Positions 37,772 through 46,934 of a stretch of DNA of 64,000 nt are shown piece after piece (the first letter of the stretch is position 1; each line of letters begins with the position of its first letter). The notes under the pieces are model-generated. The model saw only the letters and a list, made by a program, of their open reading frames with translations, was not told where the DNA came from and searched no databases. This stretch comes from a virus. Location: the IMG/VR virus record IMGVR_UViG_3300037311_000293; one strand, given 5' to 3'. The translations under genes and the position numbers were made by a program.

Positions 37772-38949
37772 TCGACGAAGCATCAGTTACCGACAGAGAA
37801 GCCTTGGATCTGGTACGAGAAGCCCTCCGCGAGCTGATGCTTCGGTTCCCGCTGGCGGGTCTTTCCTACATGGGAGAGAACATCGTCGTACGCGAAGAGT
37901 CATCGATCAAGACGATGGACACCGATGGTCGCTTTGTCCGTTACTCACCTGAGTGGGTTCGCTCTTGTACAGACCGCGGGCGTGTGTTCGATCTTCTCCA
38001 CGAGTGGCTTCACGTCTTCGGGAATCATCCGGCGCGCCTTGGCGGGCGCGATCCTTTCTTGTGGAACGTAGCGGTTGATATCGTGGTGGTACGTCAGGCA
38101 TCCGAGATCCTGACCACCGCCACAGACAACTGGCCCCCACCAGATGACGGAATCATCCCGCCAGCATGGGCCAAGGACATGGACGCCGAGACGATTTACG
38201 ACGTCTTGGCCAGCAACGCGAACAAGGTCCCGGCACCAAAGAGCGCAGAAGGCGTTCGTGGCGCCAATGACCTCAGACGAAGAGACCCCCAGGAGGCCGA
38301 GGCTTTTCGTGGGTCGTTTGCGAGTGAGCTCGCGCAAATCTGTGCTGTCCAGCAACAAGCCACAGGGCTCACACCAAAGGAGCTCTACGGCAGCGAGCTC
38401 TACAGCCGGCTGGATCAGATCCTGAAGGGCAATGTCCCGTGGTCGAAACTACTACGGGGCCAGCTCGTCAGCGAACTCGGTGCTGAGGAACACGGCTACG
38501 ATCCGCCGAATCGACGCTACTACCCCGATATCATCCTGCCGCAGGCCTTCGACACCACACAGCGTAAGTTGCTGATCGCTGTAGATGTTTCTGCCAGCGT
38601 CGGTCAGGATCTACTGGACGAGTTCATCGGCAACGTCGTACCCGCGGCAGCTCGTGCAGCAGAAACCTGGGTAGTGACGTTCGACGCCGTGGTCCGCGAG
38701 ACAGTAAAAACCCGCCATCCACGCCGTGTCCTTCGTGAGGTCCGCTTTCTCGCAGGATCCCATAACCACACCAGTGTTCGAGAAGTGTTCGCCTTGGTCG
38801 ATCAGATCAAACCTACGTCGACTGTCGTCCTGACAGATGGGCACGTGCTTCTTCCCGACGAGCCGTACCCCAAAACTCTATGGATCATCCCCAGGGGCGG
38901 AAAGAAGCAACCCTGGGGACGCAACTACATCATGGAGGCTTCTTGGTGA
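37768..38949 (+). CDS. Metallopeptidase-vWA fusion (DUF2201-like)
   Basis: TMDTDG and LLHEWLH (HExxH) N-terminal; MIDAS DVSAS and LTDG C-terminal. Confidence 0.85.
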   Translation: MIDEASVTDREALDLVREALRELMLRFPLAGLSYMGENIVVREESSIKTMDTDGRFVRYSPEWVRSCTDRGRVFDLLHEWLHVFGNHPARLGGRDPFLWNVAVDIVVVRQASEILTTATDNWPPPDDGIIPPAWAKDMDAETIYDVLASNANKVPAPKSAEGVRGANDLRRRDPQEAEAFRGSFASELAQICAVQQQATGLTPKELYGSELYSRLDQILKGNVPWSKLLRGQLVSELGAEEHGYDPPNRRYYPDIILPQAFDTTQRKLLIAVDVSASVGQDLLDEFIGNVVPAAARAAETWVVTFDAVVRETVKTRHPRRVLREVRFLAGSHNHTSVREVFALVDQIKPTSTVVLTDGHVLLPDEPYPKTLWIIPRGGKKQPWGRNYIMEASW

Positions 38950-40253
38950 GTGATCTTCTACAAGCCGCGGCGCGTCAGATCCTGGACGAGCGCCTGAGTC
39001 ACAGCCTCAACGACCACGACAGACACTGCCTGTTGTTTCTCTACGGCTACGAAATCGTAGAGCGCCTCCGCGAGGTCAAGGGGTACGGGTCCTTGTCGGC
39101 ATCGGCATACGATCTCATCAGTCTCGGACTGCTCCCACACAAGGCCCGCGCGGCAGGCATCAACGTCCGGGTTCCGTACACGCCGGATTCAGGTTCCGCC
39201 GCTGAGCGCGCGAAGAACCACCCGCTGTTCTTGGCCGACGCGCTGTACAACGCCGGAGATGCCGAAGGCGTCGAAGACGTGTTGCTGTGGCGTGAAGAAC
39301 TAAACAAGCAATGGGCTACGCCAGCAAGAAACAACTGGTGGCCGCCCCACGAGTACATGGCGTACGTACTGACCAACCGCCCAAGTACGCTGGTGCACCG
39401 ATACACCTACGAGCCCCATACATACCTGCACTGGTACACCACAAAGGACATCGTAGATCTGATCCAACGCACCAGCGCGGGCCCCTTTGGGCTACGCACT
39501 CTTCAGGCCGTGGTCAACAACAACCCCAGCCTCGAGCCAGAAGTTCACACCGCGCTTAGGAAGCGTTGCCGCGACGCCGCCTACTCCCTTCTGACCGCCG
39601 GGCGCCCGGACTACAGCACTCTGATCGAGAGCTTACGTCTCGTGGACCCCGAAGACAGACCAGAGCTCCTGGAAGATGCAGGTCCACGGGTGGCGCTGTG
39701 GTTGACACTGGATTCCGCCACCACAGAGCAGTTCATCGCCGGACTCTCAGCGCTGGCCAAGAACAGCTCCCAGGACATCCGGCGGCAGGTGTTGTCCGAG
39801 CTCACGCGGGTACCTACCGTAGAAGAACTTCGTGCAGTGCGCTCCAACGGCCTGCTCAGGGTGATCTACGACATGCCATACACCTTCATCGAGCGCCTCG
39901 ATGAGAAGGCCGTCGACCACGTACACGCGTTGAGCTTCAAAATCGGTGCCTCCGATTTCGAGCTCATGCGGGGTGCTCTGCTGCGACGTGCAGATCGCGT
40001 CGAAGTAGCAAGCCCACCGGTTCGCCCAGGAGGCAACGACATCAACATCTTTGGCGGACGTTGGGTCGGTGACTCCATGATCGCCTCGCGTAGACGCGCA
40101 CCAGAGATGCGTCAGAAACTGATCGATACCTGCGGGTCGCGAGATATCGCATTCCTGGTACTGACCAAGAGAACACCAAACATCGACGCACTCCTCAAGA
40201 CGCACCCAACAGTGGATCGCATCGAAGGGGCAAGACTGCCTTTCGAGACCTAG
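38946..40253 (+). CDS. Hypothetical helical protein
   Basis: GTG start overlapping the upstream TGA; 435 aa; ends at a terminator. Confidence 0.65.
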   Translation: MSDLLQAAARQILDERLSHSLNDHDRHCLLFLYGYEIVERLREVKGYGSLSASAYDLISLGLLPHKARAAGINVRVPYTPDSGSAAERAKNHPLFLADALYNAGDAEGVEDVLLWREELNKQWATPARNNWWPPHEYMAYVLTNRPSTLVHRYTYEPHTYLHWYTTKDIVDLIQRTSAGPFGLRTLQAVVNNNPSLEPEVHTALRKRCRDAAYSLLTAGRPDYSTLIESLRLVDPEDRPELLEDAGPRVALWLTLDSATTEQFIAGLSALAKNSSQDIRRQVLSELTRVPTVEELRAVRSNGLLRVIYDMPYTFIERLDEKAVDHVHALSFKIGASDFELMRGALLRRADRVEVASPPVRPGGNDINIFGGRWVGDSMIASRRRAPEMRQKLIDTCGSRDIAFLVLTKRTPNIDALLKTHPTVDRIEGARLPFET

Positions 40254-40285
40254 AAGAAAGCCCCCGAAAGGGGGCTGCCTTCTTC
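40253..40285. terminator. Bidirectional terminator
   Basis: AGCCCCC-GAAA-GGGGGCT GNRA hairpin between convergent stops. Confidence 0.8.
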
Positions 40286-42185
40286 AGCTTTGCCCCGCCC
40301 GCCGGAGAGGTAGCTGCTCCGGCAGCGGTCGCATATCCACTGCACCTTGCTGGCCTTGTTGAGGCGGCGGCTGCGCTCCTGGCCCCGTTGCCTGTGGCAT
40401 CTCGGGAGGCACCATCTGTTGCTGCACCATGCCGGCCATTTCGGGGCTGGCGTCACGGAGCTGAGCAAAAGCGATCTCTTGTTCGTCAGGCGGAAGAGTT
40501 TTGATCTTCTGCGCATACGCCGCGGCAAGGGCGTCGAGAGGCACGCCGGCAGGCTGAGACAGCGATTGTTGCGATTCTGCAAAGGGATCGTTCTTCGGCT
40601 GCTGCTCCCGTACCTGCGCCGTAGCAATCGCTGCCTGGGCCTTGGCCTGGTACTTCGCCGCAACGAGTTGGGCCTCACCCATGATCTGCGCGTTCTGCAA
40701 CTGCTGCCCGCGAAGTGTCTCGGCCTTCAGCTTCGACTCCGCCGCCATGAGCTCAAGTTCGTCCTCGACCTTCAAGTCGGCGTAGCTCAGCAACGTGGCG
40801 TCAGAGATCTTGTTCATGCTGTTGAGCTGCGCCATGAACGCCTGGCGTTGTAGATCATCAGCCATCCGGAACGGCTTGAAGCGGCCCTCGGGTACCGGAA
40901 GGTTCAGGTAGGCGCCCAGACGCTTCATTACCCAGTCGAGCAGCCTGTGATGGGCGTGCACGTTGCTGAGGAAGAAGTTCTCAAGCATGCGCATCGAAAC
41001 CGACGAGCCCGCGTAGGTGCCGCGACCGAACACGAGGTCCACGGGGAAGCCCATACCAGCGACCATGACCTCGAGGGCCTGTTGGATCTCCGGCATCAGC
41101 AGAAGGCTGCGGCCGTTCTCACCGATGGTTTGGTGGCCCAGCGGGAACGGAAGGATGCCGTAGTACGCGGGATCTGCGCGTTGACGCGCGAGCTCTCGGC
41201 GGATGTGGTCGCGCCAGTTCGACAGATCAACAGTCGTGAAGGGGTCGGCGCCGGCAGTGGCGGGCTGCGGGAACAGGAAGATCTGAGGCACCAAGTGAGT
41301 CAGAAGGACTGCTTCTTGCGCCTTGCGCATGACCTGGACGTAGAACGCTTCCTTCAGCACAGGCATCAGAAGCGGGATGCCCCATCCGCGCGACATCGTA
41401 GACAGGCTCGGACGTCGAAGATGGAAGACCTCGGAACGATCGAAGACGAGACTGCGCTTCGTACGAACGGCCTCCAGGAAAATCTCGGGCGTCGTCGCTA
41501 CGAGATCTTTGCGCCCCATCATGACTTGCGAACGGAAGTCCGGAGACAGGTCGAGGCCGTAATCCATACGGCCAGTGGCTTCGTTGTAGAAGATGTGGAC
41601 GTTCTCCGGGTTCCATCGGATCAGATTGATCTCGGAGTACTTGGGGTAGTAGTCGTCTCGGCTTTCCGCCCAATGGGCCTGTCCGCACTTCGTGCATTCC
41701 AGCCAGAAACGGTGATTCGTGTAGCGCCACGACGGGCGGCTCTGCAACGCGTCGTGGACCTCGCCGCAGTTCGAGCACTTCAGCTTCTTCCGGAACGGGA
41801 AGCTGACAGACACGAAGGCGTTGCCGTACACGAAGTAGTCGAGATTGATCTCGAACTGTTGAACGCGATAGTTCAGCACCCCGTTCATCAGGGTGTCCCA
41901 CTTCTTGACGACCCCGTTGTCCTTGTGCTGGAGCACCAAGTCGGTGACCGGATACTCCGCAGCCCGAGTCACCACGCTGTTGATGATCCCATGCGTCAGG
42001 TAATAGAACCGACAGAACCCGAACAGCGCCTTGATCGAGGGCGGCGTGTACGTGCTGGCCTGGTCGAAGAACGGATTGGAGAAGGGCTGGTACTTGCGCC
42101 CCAAGATCTGCCCGCGGTCGGCATTGCCGCCCAGCGCAGAACCCCGAGCTCCACCGAAGGCACTACCGCCTCCAAAGAACGTCAT
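40284..42185 (-). CDS. Portal protein
   Basis: 633 aa; LDYFVYGNAFV, RWNPENVHI, VFHLRR...GWGIPLL portal signatures; Q-rich C-terminus. Confidence 0.85.
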   Translation of the reverse strand: MTFFGGGSAFGGARGSALGGNADRGQILGRKYQPFSNPFFDQASTYTPPSIKALFGFCRFYYLTHGIINSVVTRAAEYPVTDLVLQHKDNGVVKKWDTLMNGVLNYRVQQFEINLDYFVYGNAFVSVSFPFRKKLKCSNCGEVHDALQSRPSWRYTNHRFWLECTKCGQAHWAESRDDYYPKYSEINLIRWNPENVHIFYNEATGRMDYGLDLSPDFRSQVMMGRKDLVATTPEIFLEAVRTKRSLVFDRSEVFHLRRPSLSTMSRGWGIPLLMPVLKEAFYVQVMRKAQEAVLLTHLVPQIFLFPQPATAGADPFTTVDLSNWRDHIRRELARQRADPAYYGILPFPLGHQTIGENGRSLLLMPEIQQALEVMVAGMGFPVDLVFGRGTYAGSSVSMRMLENFFLSNVHAHHRLLDWVMKRLGAYLNLPVPEGRFKPFRMADDLQRQAFMAQLNSMNKISDATLLSYADLKVEDELELMAAESKLKAETLRGQQLQNAQIMGEAQLVAAKYQAKAQAAIATAQVREQQPKNDPFAESQQSLSQPAGVPLDALAAAYAQKIKTLPPDEQEIAFAQLRDASPEMAGMVQQQMVPPEMPQATGPGAQPPPQQGQQGAVDMRPLPEQLPLRRAGQS

Positions 42186-43084
42186 ACCGAACCTCCGGGA
42201 GCCTTCGGCTTCCGCCGAAGCGAGATGCCTGACGCGCTCTCCAGCGCACCACCGGCGAGTATCTGAGGGGCGAAGGGTAGACCAGCCGTGGCGACACCGC
42301 CTGCGATGTTTCCGCCGAGGCGACGCAGCTTCTGCCCCACCGTGCGACCGCCCTCGGCGCTTTCGTCGCCTCGAAGAACCTCCGGCGCCGCGAAGGCTAC
42401 AGGCACACCCACTGCCATCATAGCGTTTGCGTTGCTGCCGCCGACGACCTCGTCCTTGAGCGCCTTCGCCGTGGCGCCTGGTTTCTTGATCAAGCCCTTG
42501 ACCACACCAGGGATGCTGGTGATCCCCGCTGCATCCGCCGCATCACCGCGCTGCCCCCACTGTTGGAGCTCTTTCTTACTGTCGGCGAGTTCGCGCTTGA
42601 GACCCTCCGTCGACTTGCCCATCGACTTTGCGTGAGCTGCTTCGTCGGCAAAGCGCTTCTCCAGCAGATCGATGCGGCGACCGGCTTCTTCGCTGCTGCG
42701 CATGCCGATGGCCCCGGGCTTCCCGGTATGAGAACCCGTGAACCCGTGGAGCTGGCGTTGCCCGAAGCGCTTGATTCCCTGTCCGGCACGCCTGAGCGTA
42801 CCCACCACCGCGCCCCCAGCCGACGCCGTAGGGTCGAGTAGGCGGGTATCGCGGTATCCGCGGCCCACAGCAGCTACGCCGCCGGCAAGGGCGCCGCCTC
42901 GAAGGGCACCGCGTACGCCGGCCGACCAGCCAGACTCGCCTTCTTGGCGCGTCGCCACACCATGTGCAGCACCAGCGGCGGCGCCGAGAACCGCGGTGCG
43001 GCCCACGCGATCGGTGAGGTAACGCGCGAGGTGTGCTGGGCCGGCTTCTTTGACGATCTCAAGGAAGACGTCTGTAGGATTCAT
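42182..43084 (-). CDS. Glycine-zipper-rich virion protein
   Basis: 300 aa; VKEAG; four small-residue hydrophobic segments. Confidence 0.6.
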   Translation of the reverse strand: MNPTDVFLEIVKEAGPAHLARYLTDRVGRTAVLGAAAGAAHGVATRQEGESGWSAGVRGALRGGALAGGVAAVGRGYRDTRLLDPTASAGGAVVGTLRRAGQGIKRFGQRQLHGFTGSHTGKPGAIGMRSSEEAGRRIDLLEKRFADEAAHAKSMGKSTEGLKRELADSKKELQQWGQRGDAADAAGITSIPGVVKGLIKKPGATAKALKDEVVGGSNANAMMAVGVPVAFAAPEVLRGDESAEGGRTVGQKLRRLGGNIAGGVATAGLPFAPQILAGGALESASGISLRRKPKAPGGSV

Positions 43085-44019
43085 CGTTTACCGCCGATCA
43101 TCCTGAGCTGCTGGAGTAGCTGGGACTGCACGGTGTCGGCGTAGTCCCATTCGACCAGCAACCGGTATACCGCACTCCCTACCCCGCTGTCAGGAAGACC
43201 TTCGACGGCCTTTTCGAGAGGCAGAGCTCGTCGCTTCTCGAACAACTCGAGGCATTGCGTCTTGAGCTCCTCGAACTCGTACGGTTCTTTGATCAACTCA
43301 CGGCTGCTGCACGAAATGCAGCGTACATCGTTGTCGTCACGATGGATGGCACCGCAGTTCTTGCAGCGCAGCTTTCGTTCCTCGAGTTCACGCTGCGCGA
43401 AATCGAGAGGAGACGGCACCACGGGGATGCCCTCGTGCTTGAACGCCGCAGCGATGTACTTGTCGACTTCGATGCCTGTCGGCCGCTTCTTGTCGAGGGC
43501 CTTCATGATCTGATACCCGACCACGAGATGACCGAGCTCGGGCTCTTCGAGGAAGACGAAGTTCGGGGTCTCTCCTGCCAGACCGCGACAGACCCAGTGG
43601 AAGACCTCCCACTGCCGCCATGGTGACGGGGACTCCAGTACCACGCGTCCGGCGCAGATCTTGTTCCACACCCGATTCGACACGGCGAGACCATCGCGCT
43701 CCATGGTGAGCTTGAGAGTCTCTACCTCCCACTCTGTGAACTCGGTGCCGTAGCGCTCAAGCAGGAGAAGGAGAAGAGCAATGGGATGTGCATCGGCATG
43801 ACGCCAGATGTCCTTGAGCGTCGGCGCTGAGGTGTGTAGATCTTTCCGCAGCGCCGACGTCTTCTCCCCGCCAAAGGCCTCTAGTACGTCATCGACGATA
43901 CCGCCGAGAGTGGGAGGTGTGTATTCCGGGGGAGATTCTCCTCTCTCCTCCGGGAATGACGATCCGGCCCCACTAGGGGGCCAGACACGTACATGATTCG
44001 GATCGAAGAGGATGGACAT
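43081..44019 (-). CDS. Hypothetical protein with zinc ribbon
   Basis: 312 aa; CKNC...CISC; EKTSAL. Confidence 0.65.
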   Translation of the reverse strand: MSILFDPNHVRVWPPSGAGSSFPEERGESPPEYTPPTLGGIVDDVLEAFGGEKTSALRKDLHTSAPTLKDIWRHADAHPIALLLLLLERYGTEFTEWEVETLKLTMERDGLAVSNRVWNKICAGRVVLESPSPWRQWEVFHWVCRGLAGETPNFVFLEEPELGHLVVGYQIMKALDKKRPTGIEVDKYIAAAFKHEGIPVVPSPLDFAQRELEERKLRCKNCGAIHRDDNDVRCISCSSRELIKEPYEFEELKTQCLELFEKRRALPLEKAVEGLPDSGVGSAVYRLLVEWDYADTVQSQLLQQLRMIGGKR

Positions 44020-44022
44020 GGA

Positions 44023-44709
44023 TCAGCCGTTGGGATCGGCGATGTAGACGACGGCGAAGTCCCGGATTCCGTCCGGCGCGGCAGCCGACGTGTACTTGCG
44101 GCCAGAGAACGTGCCGGTCGTGACGACCGCGCCCACGGCGACCTCGCGAAGAGGAGTCGCCACACCCGCGAGAGCACGAATCGGACGGAACAGCACCATG
44201 AGGGCGCCGAAGCCGATGTCGAAGGTCCCGAGAGCGCTGACCTGGGGCGGAATGACGACTTCCGTGATCTCGTCGAGACCGAGATTCTCGGTGGATTGAA
44301 TCGTGTCGCCACCATCGGCGTCGGCCGGGGTGAACGTGAGGGTCACGTCCTCACCGTAGGCCTTGCCCTTGATGATGATGGGATCCGTCGTGTAGGCGCC
44401 GACCGACGCCGAACGCGTGACGGTGATGCTGCGCGCGCCCGTGGCGATCGCGGTCTGCAAGAAGTCCCCCGCCGACGCACGAAGGATCTGTTCCGACGTC
44501 GAACCGGCACGACCGTCGAGGAAGTAGTCGACGTCCGCGACCGGCGGGTTGGTCCAGGTGTCGACGCGCACGAGCCCGTTGTTCTCGAGAGTCTCGAACG
44601 CTTCGTCGACGTCGTTTCGGAGGTCTTCGACCTCACCCGCGGCGCCGCGCTTGCCCTGCACGAGATGGGGCCGACGCGGGCCCTTCGAACCGAAGTATTG
44701 ACTCGACAT
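44023..44709 (-). CDS. Hypothetical beta-rich structural protein
   Basis: 228 aa; RBS AGGAGG; strong codon bias. Confidence 0.65.
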   Translation of the reverse strand: MSSQYFGSKGPRRPHLVQGKRGAAGEVEDLRNDVDEAFETLENNGLVRVDTWTNPPVADVDYFLDGRAGSTSEQILRASAGDFLQTAIATGARSITVTRSASVGAYTTDPIIIKGKAYGEDVTLTFTPADADGGDTIQSTENLGLDEITEVVIPPQVSALGTFDIGFGALMVLFRPIRALAGVATPLREVAVGAVVTTGTFSGRKYTSAAAPDGIRDFAVVYIADPNG

Positions 44710-44726
44710 GTTCTCTTCCTCCTAGA

Positions 44727-46226
44727 TCAGGTTGCCGCAGCAAGGCGGGACAGTACCACCTTTTGCGGATCCGGCATCGACTTGAAGATTCCGACGGGGT
44801 CCTTTGCGAAGCTGCTGGCGAAGCCATCGCCGAACAACTCATCGAGTTTCGCGGTGCGCTCTGAGAGCGACTTGAGCTGCATGCCGCTGACGTAGTCGTT
44901 CCCCGCGGACCACGAGTAGGTCTCGCACTCGTCGGCCGCATGCTTCGTTCCGTAGACCGCGGCGTATGGGTCGAGGAACCCGACACCCGGCCGGTTGTAG
45001 CTACCGGACGCACCGGTCTCCACATCGGCTCCCATGATCATGTTGACCATGACCATGGGATCGATCTCCGCCTTCTTCTCGAGCAAGAGCTCGTACACCT
45101 CTTCGTGTCCGGTGCCCATGAAAGCCGTGATACGAGCGTGAAGCTGGGCTTCGACGTTCTCCCCGTACTCGGTGCCGGCGTAGTTCATGACGGCGCCAGA
45201 GAGCTTGACTCCGAGCTCATCGGCGCGCTGAGCCACGGACACCGCGTATGCGCGGCGTTCTTCGAGCGGGAACGAGTGCAGATGATCGTCGAAGTACGCC
45301 GCGGCCTGCTTGACCTGTGCGGTGGTGTCGATGGGATAGCGCTCGAGGTGGGGAAGTGCGTAGTGAACCGCGCTTGCTTGCTTCTTCTTGACGTGACCAT
45401 CGAACAGAGTGAGATCACCGCAGTGAGCCCACTCCGCAGACGCCAGGAGTGCAGAAGTCTTCTGGGGGAGGTCGAGGCTCTTACTGGGCGAAGAGCGGAC
45501 AGGATGATTGCGCAGAGTACCCTGCGGCATGATCTCGGTACCCGTGAGGTCTGCCTTCTTCGCCATCACGGGGTCGATCTGGTCCCTCTTCTCGAGCTGC
45601 TTGTCCAGCTTCTTGTGCGTCGAGTCGAGCTTGGAGAACAGATCGAACAACCCGAAAATGTGGCCGGACTCCGGACCATCCCCGCGTTGCATCGCGTTGT
45701 CTTGTTCCTTCGTGAGCTCGACTGTGCGACCAGAGGCCGTCTTGGTTCCTGAAGCCTGCGCGGCGCGGAACTCGTCCATGCGCTCATGGGCCTTCTCGCT
45801 TCCGCTTCTTGCGCGATGCGCCATGTCCATGGCACCGAAGCCGACGGTGAGAGCCTTTCCGATCATCGCCTTCTTGATCAGATCTGTCGGAGGCTGAAGG
45901 TCATACCACGAACACCCCACCACAAGGTTCGACGCAACCTTTGCCTGGACGTCATCGGGCAGTAGGTGCCCACACTCCAGGAAGTAGAGGATGGAGATCG
46001 TGGTGTGCTCGGGGTCGTGCATCGCGTACTTGCGAAGCACGTTCCCATGGTTCGTGGCCACCAGCCCGAACAGGCGGTCGGGAAGCTCCTCGAGCTCGTC
46101 GGTCGTCAACAAACGCGACGCCGCCAGCTTGGTCGGTAGCTTCTGCTTGAGGGCAGCCAGCTTGTTGCGGAGGACGAGACCACGAGGGTCGTCGTAGATG
46201 TCGAGCACGATCCCGGCGATTCGCAT
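44727..46226 (-). CDS. Virion protein with two DUF6582-like (F/Y-A-L-P...R-Y-P) modules
   Basis: Start ATG 46226; ELEELPDRLFGL...RKYAMHD and HYALPHLERYPIDTTAQVKQAAAYF; many K-x-A/S motifs. Confidence 0.6.
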   Translation of the reverse strand: MRIAGIVLDIYDDPRGLVLRNKLAALKQKLPTKLAASRLLTTDELEELPDRLFGLVATNHGNVLRKYAMHDPEHTTISILYFLECGHLLPDDVQAKVASNLVVGCSWYDLQPPTDLIKKAMIGKALTVGFGAMDMAHRARSGSEKAHERMDEFRAAQASGTKTASGRTVELTKEQDNAMQRGDGPESGHIFGLFDLFSKLDSTHKKLDKQLEKRDQIDPVMAKKADLTGTEIMPQGTLRNHPVRSSPSKSLDLPQKTSALLASAEWAHCGDLTLFDGHVKKKQASAVHYALPHLERYPIDTTAQVKQAAAYFDDHLHSFPLEERRAYAVSVAQRADELGVKLSGAVMNYAGTEYGENVEAQLHARITAFMGTGHEEVYELLLEKKAEIDPMVMVNMIMGADVETGASGSYNRPGVGFLDPYAAVYGTKHAADECETYSWSAGNDYVSGMQLKSLSERTAKLDELFGDGFASSFAKDPVGIFKSMPDPQKVVLSRLAAAT

Positions 46227-46232
46227 GCACGA

Positions 46233-46262
46233 ATCGTACTGCGTGCAAGGGAAGTGGGTCAA
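46233..46262 (-). promoter_or_regulatory. Sigma70-like promoter TTGACC-N18-TACGAT, leaderless mRNA predicted
   Basis: The -10 hexamer ends exactly 6 nt before ATG 46226. Confidence 0.6.
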
Positions 46263-46267
46263 ACCGT

Positions 46268-46281
46268 CCTATCAGTAAGTG
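46268..46281 (+). promoter_or_regulatory. 14-bp motif CCTATCAGTAAGTG
   Basis: Identical to 36033-36046; abuts the GGAGG RBS of the first gene of the replication operon. Confidence 0.65.
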
Positions 46282-46289
46282 GAGGTGCA

Positions 46290-46931
46290 ATGCATCGTCA
46301 GACGGGTCCTCAACAACCAAGCCCGATCCCGGGCAAGAAGAAGAACTGCAACGAATGGGCGGTATTCGAAGCCGCAGGATCTTCACCCACCGCGGCTTTG
46401 TGCAACGGCGGGTGGTACGACGGCAGCTTCTACCACGAATGTCCGGTACGGGCTGAGTGCGTAGTTGCCACCAGGCAGAAGGCCGGCAAGACCCATCTAC
46501 CCGTTACGCACCAGGCGAGGCCGCTCCTCGGGGCCCCGAGATCGTTCACAGTAGCGTCAACCCCAAACCTAGGAGCGCAACCGCCGGTCCAGAAATCGTG
46601 GGCCGATCAGTTCAGAGCGCGACCGCCGGTACCGACGACCGTGCCTCAAGTGCCCATGCGGGCTCCCGAAGGACTACCGACACCAGCAACCGTTCCGGCA
46701 CCGCTCCCCTATCCCGTAGCACCGCCGAAGGAATGGCCGGCCGCGATGACGACGCCGTACGCAGGGCCCGTGGCCCCGCCGAGCGTTGGTATCACGCCGA
46801 CGTTTCTTCCAGGTGAGGAGGAAGACGTGTTCTCACGTCTCCTCAAGAACATCGCACAAGGCGCTGTCGGCTCAACAGGCTGGCACATCTTCGACTACGC
46901 CCGTACCGTAGACCTGTTCGGGCGGCGCTGA
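46290..46931 (+). CDS. Hypothetical protein (Cys-rich N-terminus, Pro-rich linker)
   Basis: ATG 46290 with GGAGG; 4 Cys in the N-terminal domain. Confidence 0.65.
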   Translation: MHRQTGPQQPSPIPGKKKNCNEWAVFEAAGSSPTAALCNGGWYDGSFYHECPVRAECVVATRQKAGKTHLPVTHQARPLLGAPRSFTVASTPNLGAQPPVQKSWADQFRARPPVPTTVPQVPMRAPEGLPTPATVPAPLPYPVAPPKEWPAAMTTPYAGPVAPPSVGITPTFLPGEEEDVFSRLLKNIAQGAVGSTGWHIFDYARTVDLFGRR

Positions 46932-46934
46932 TCA

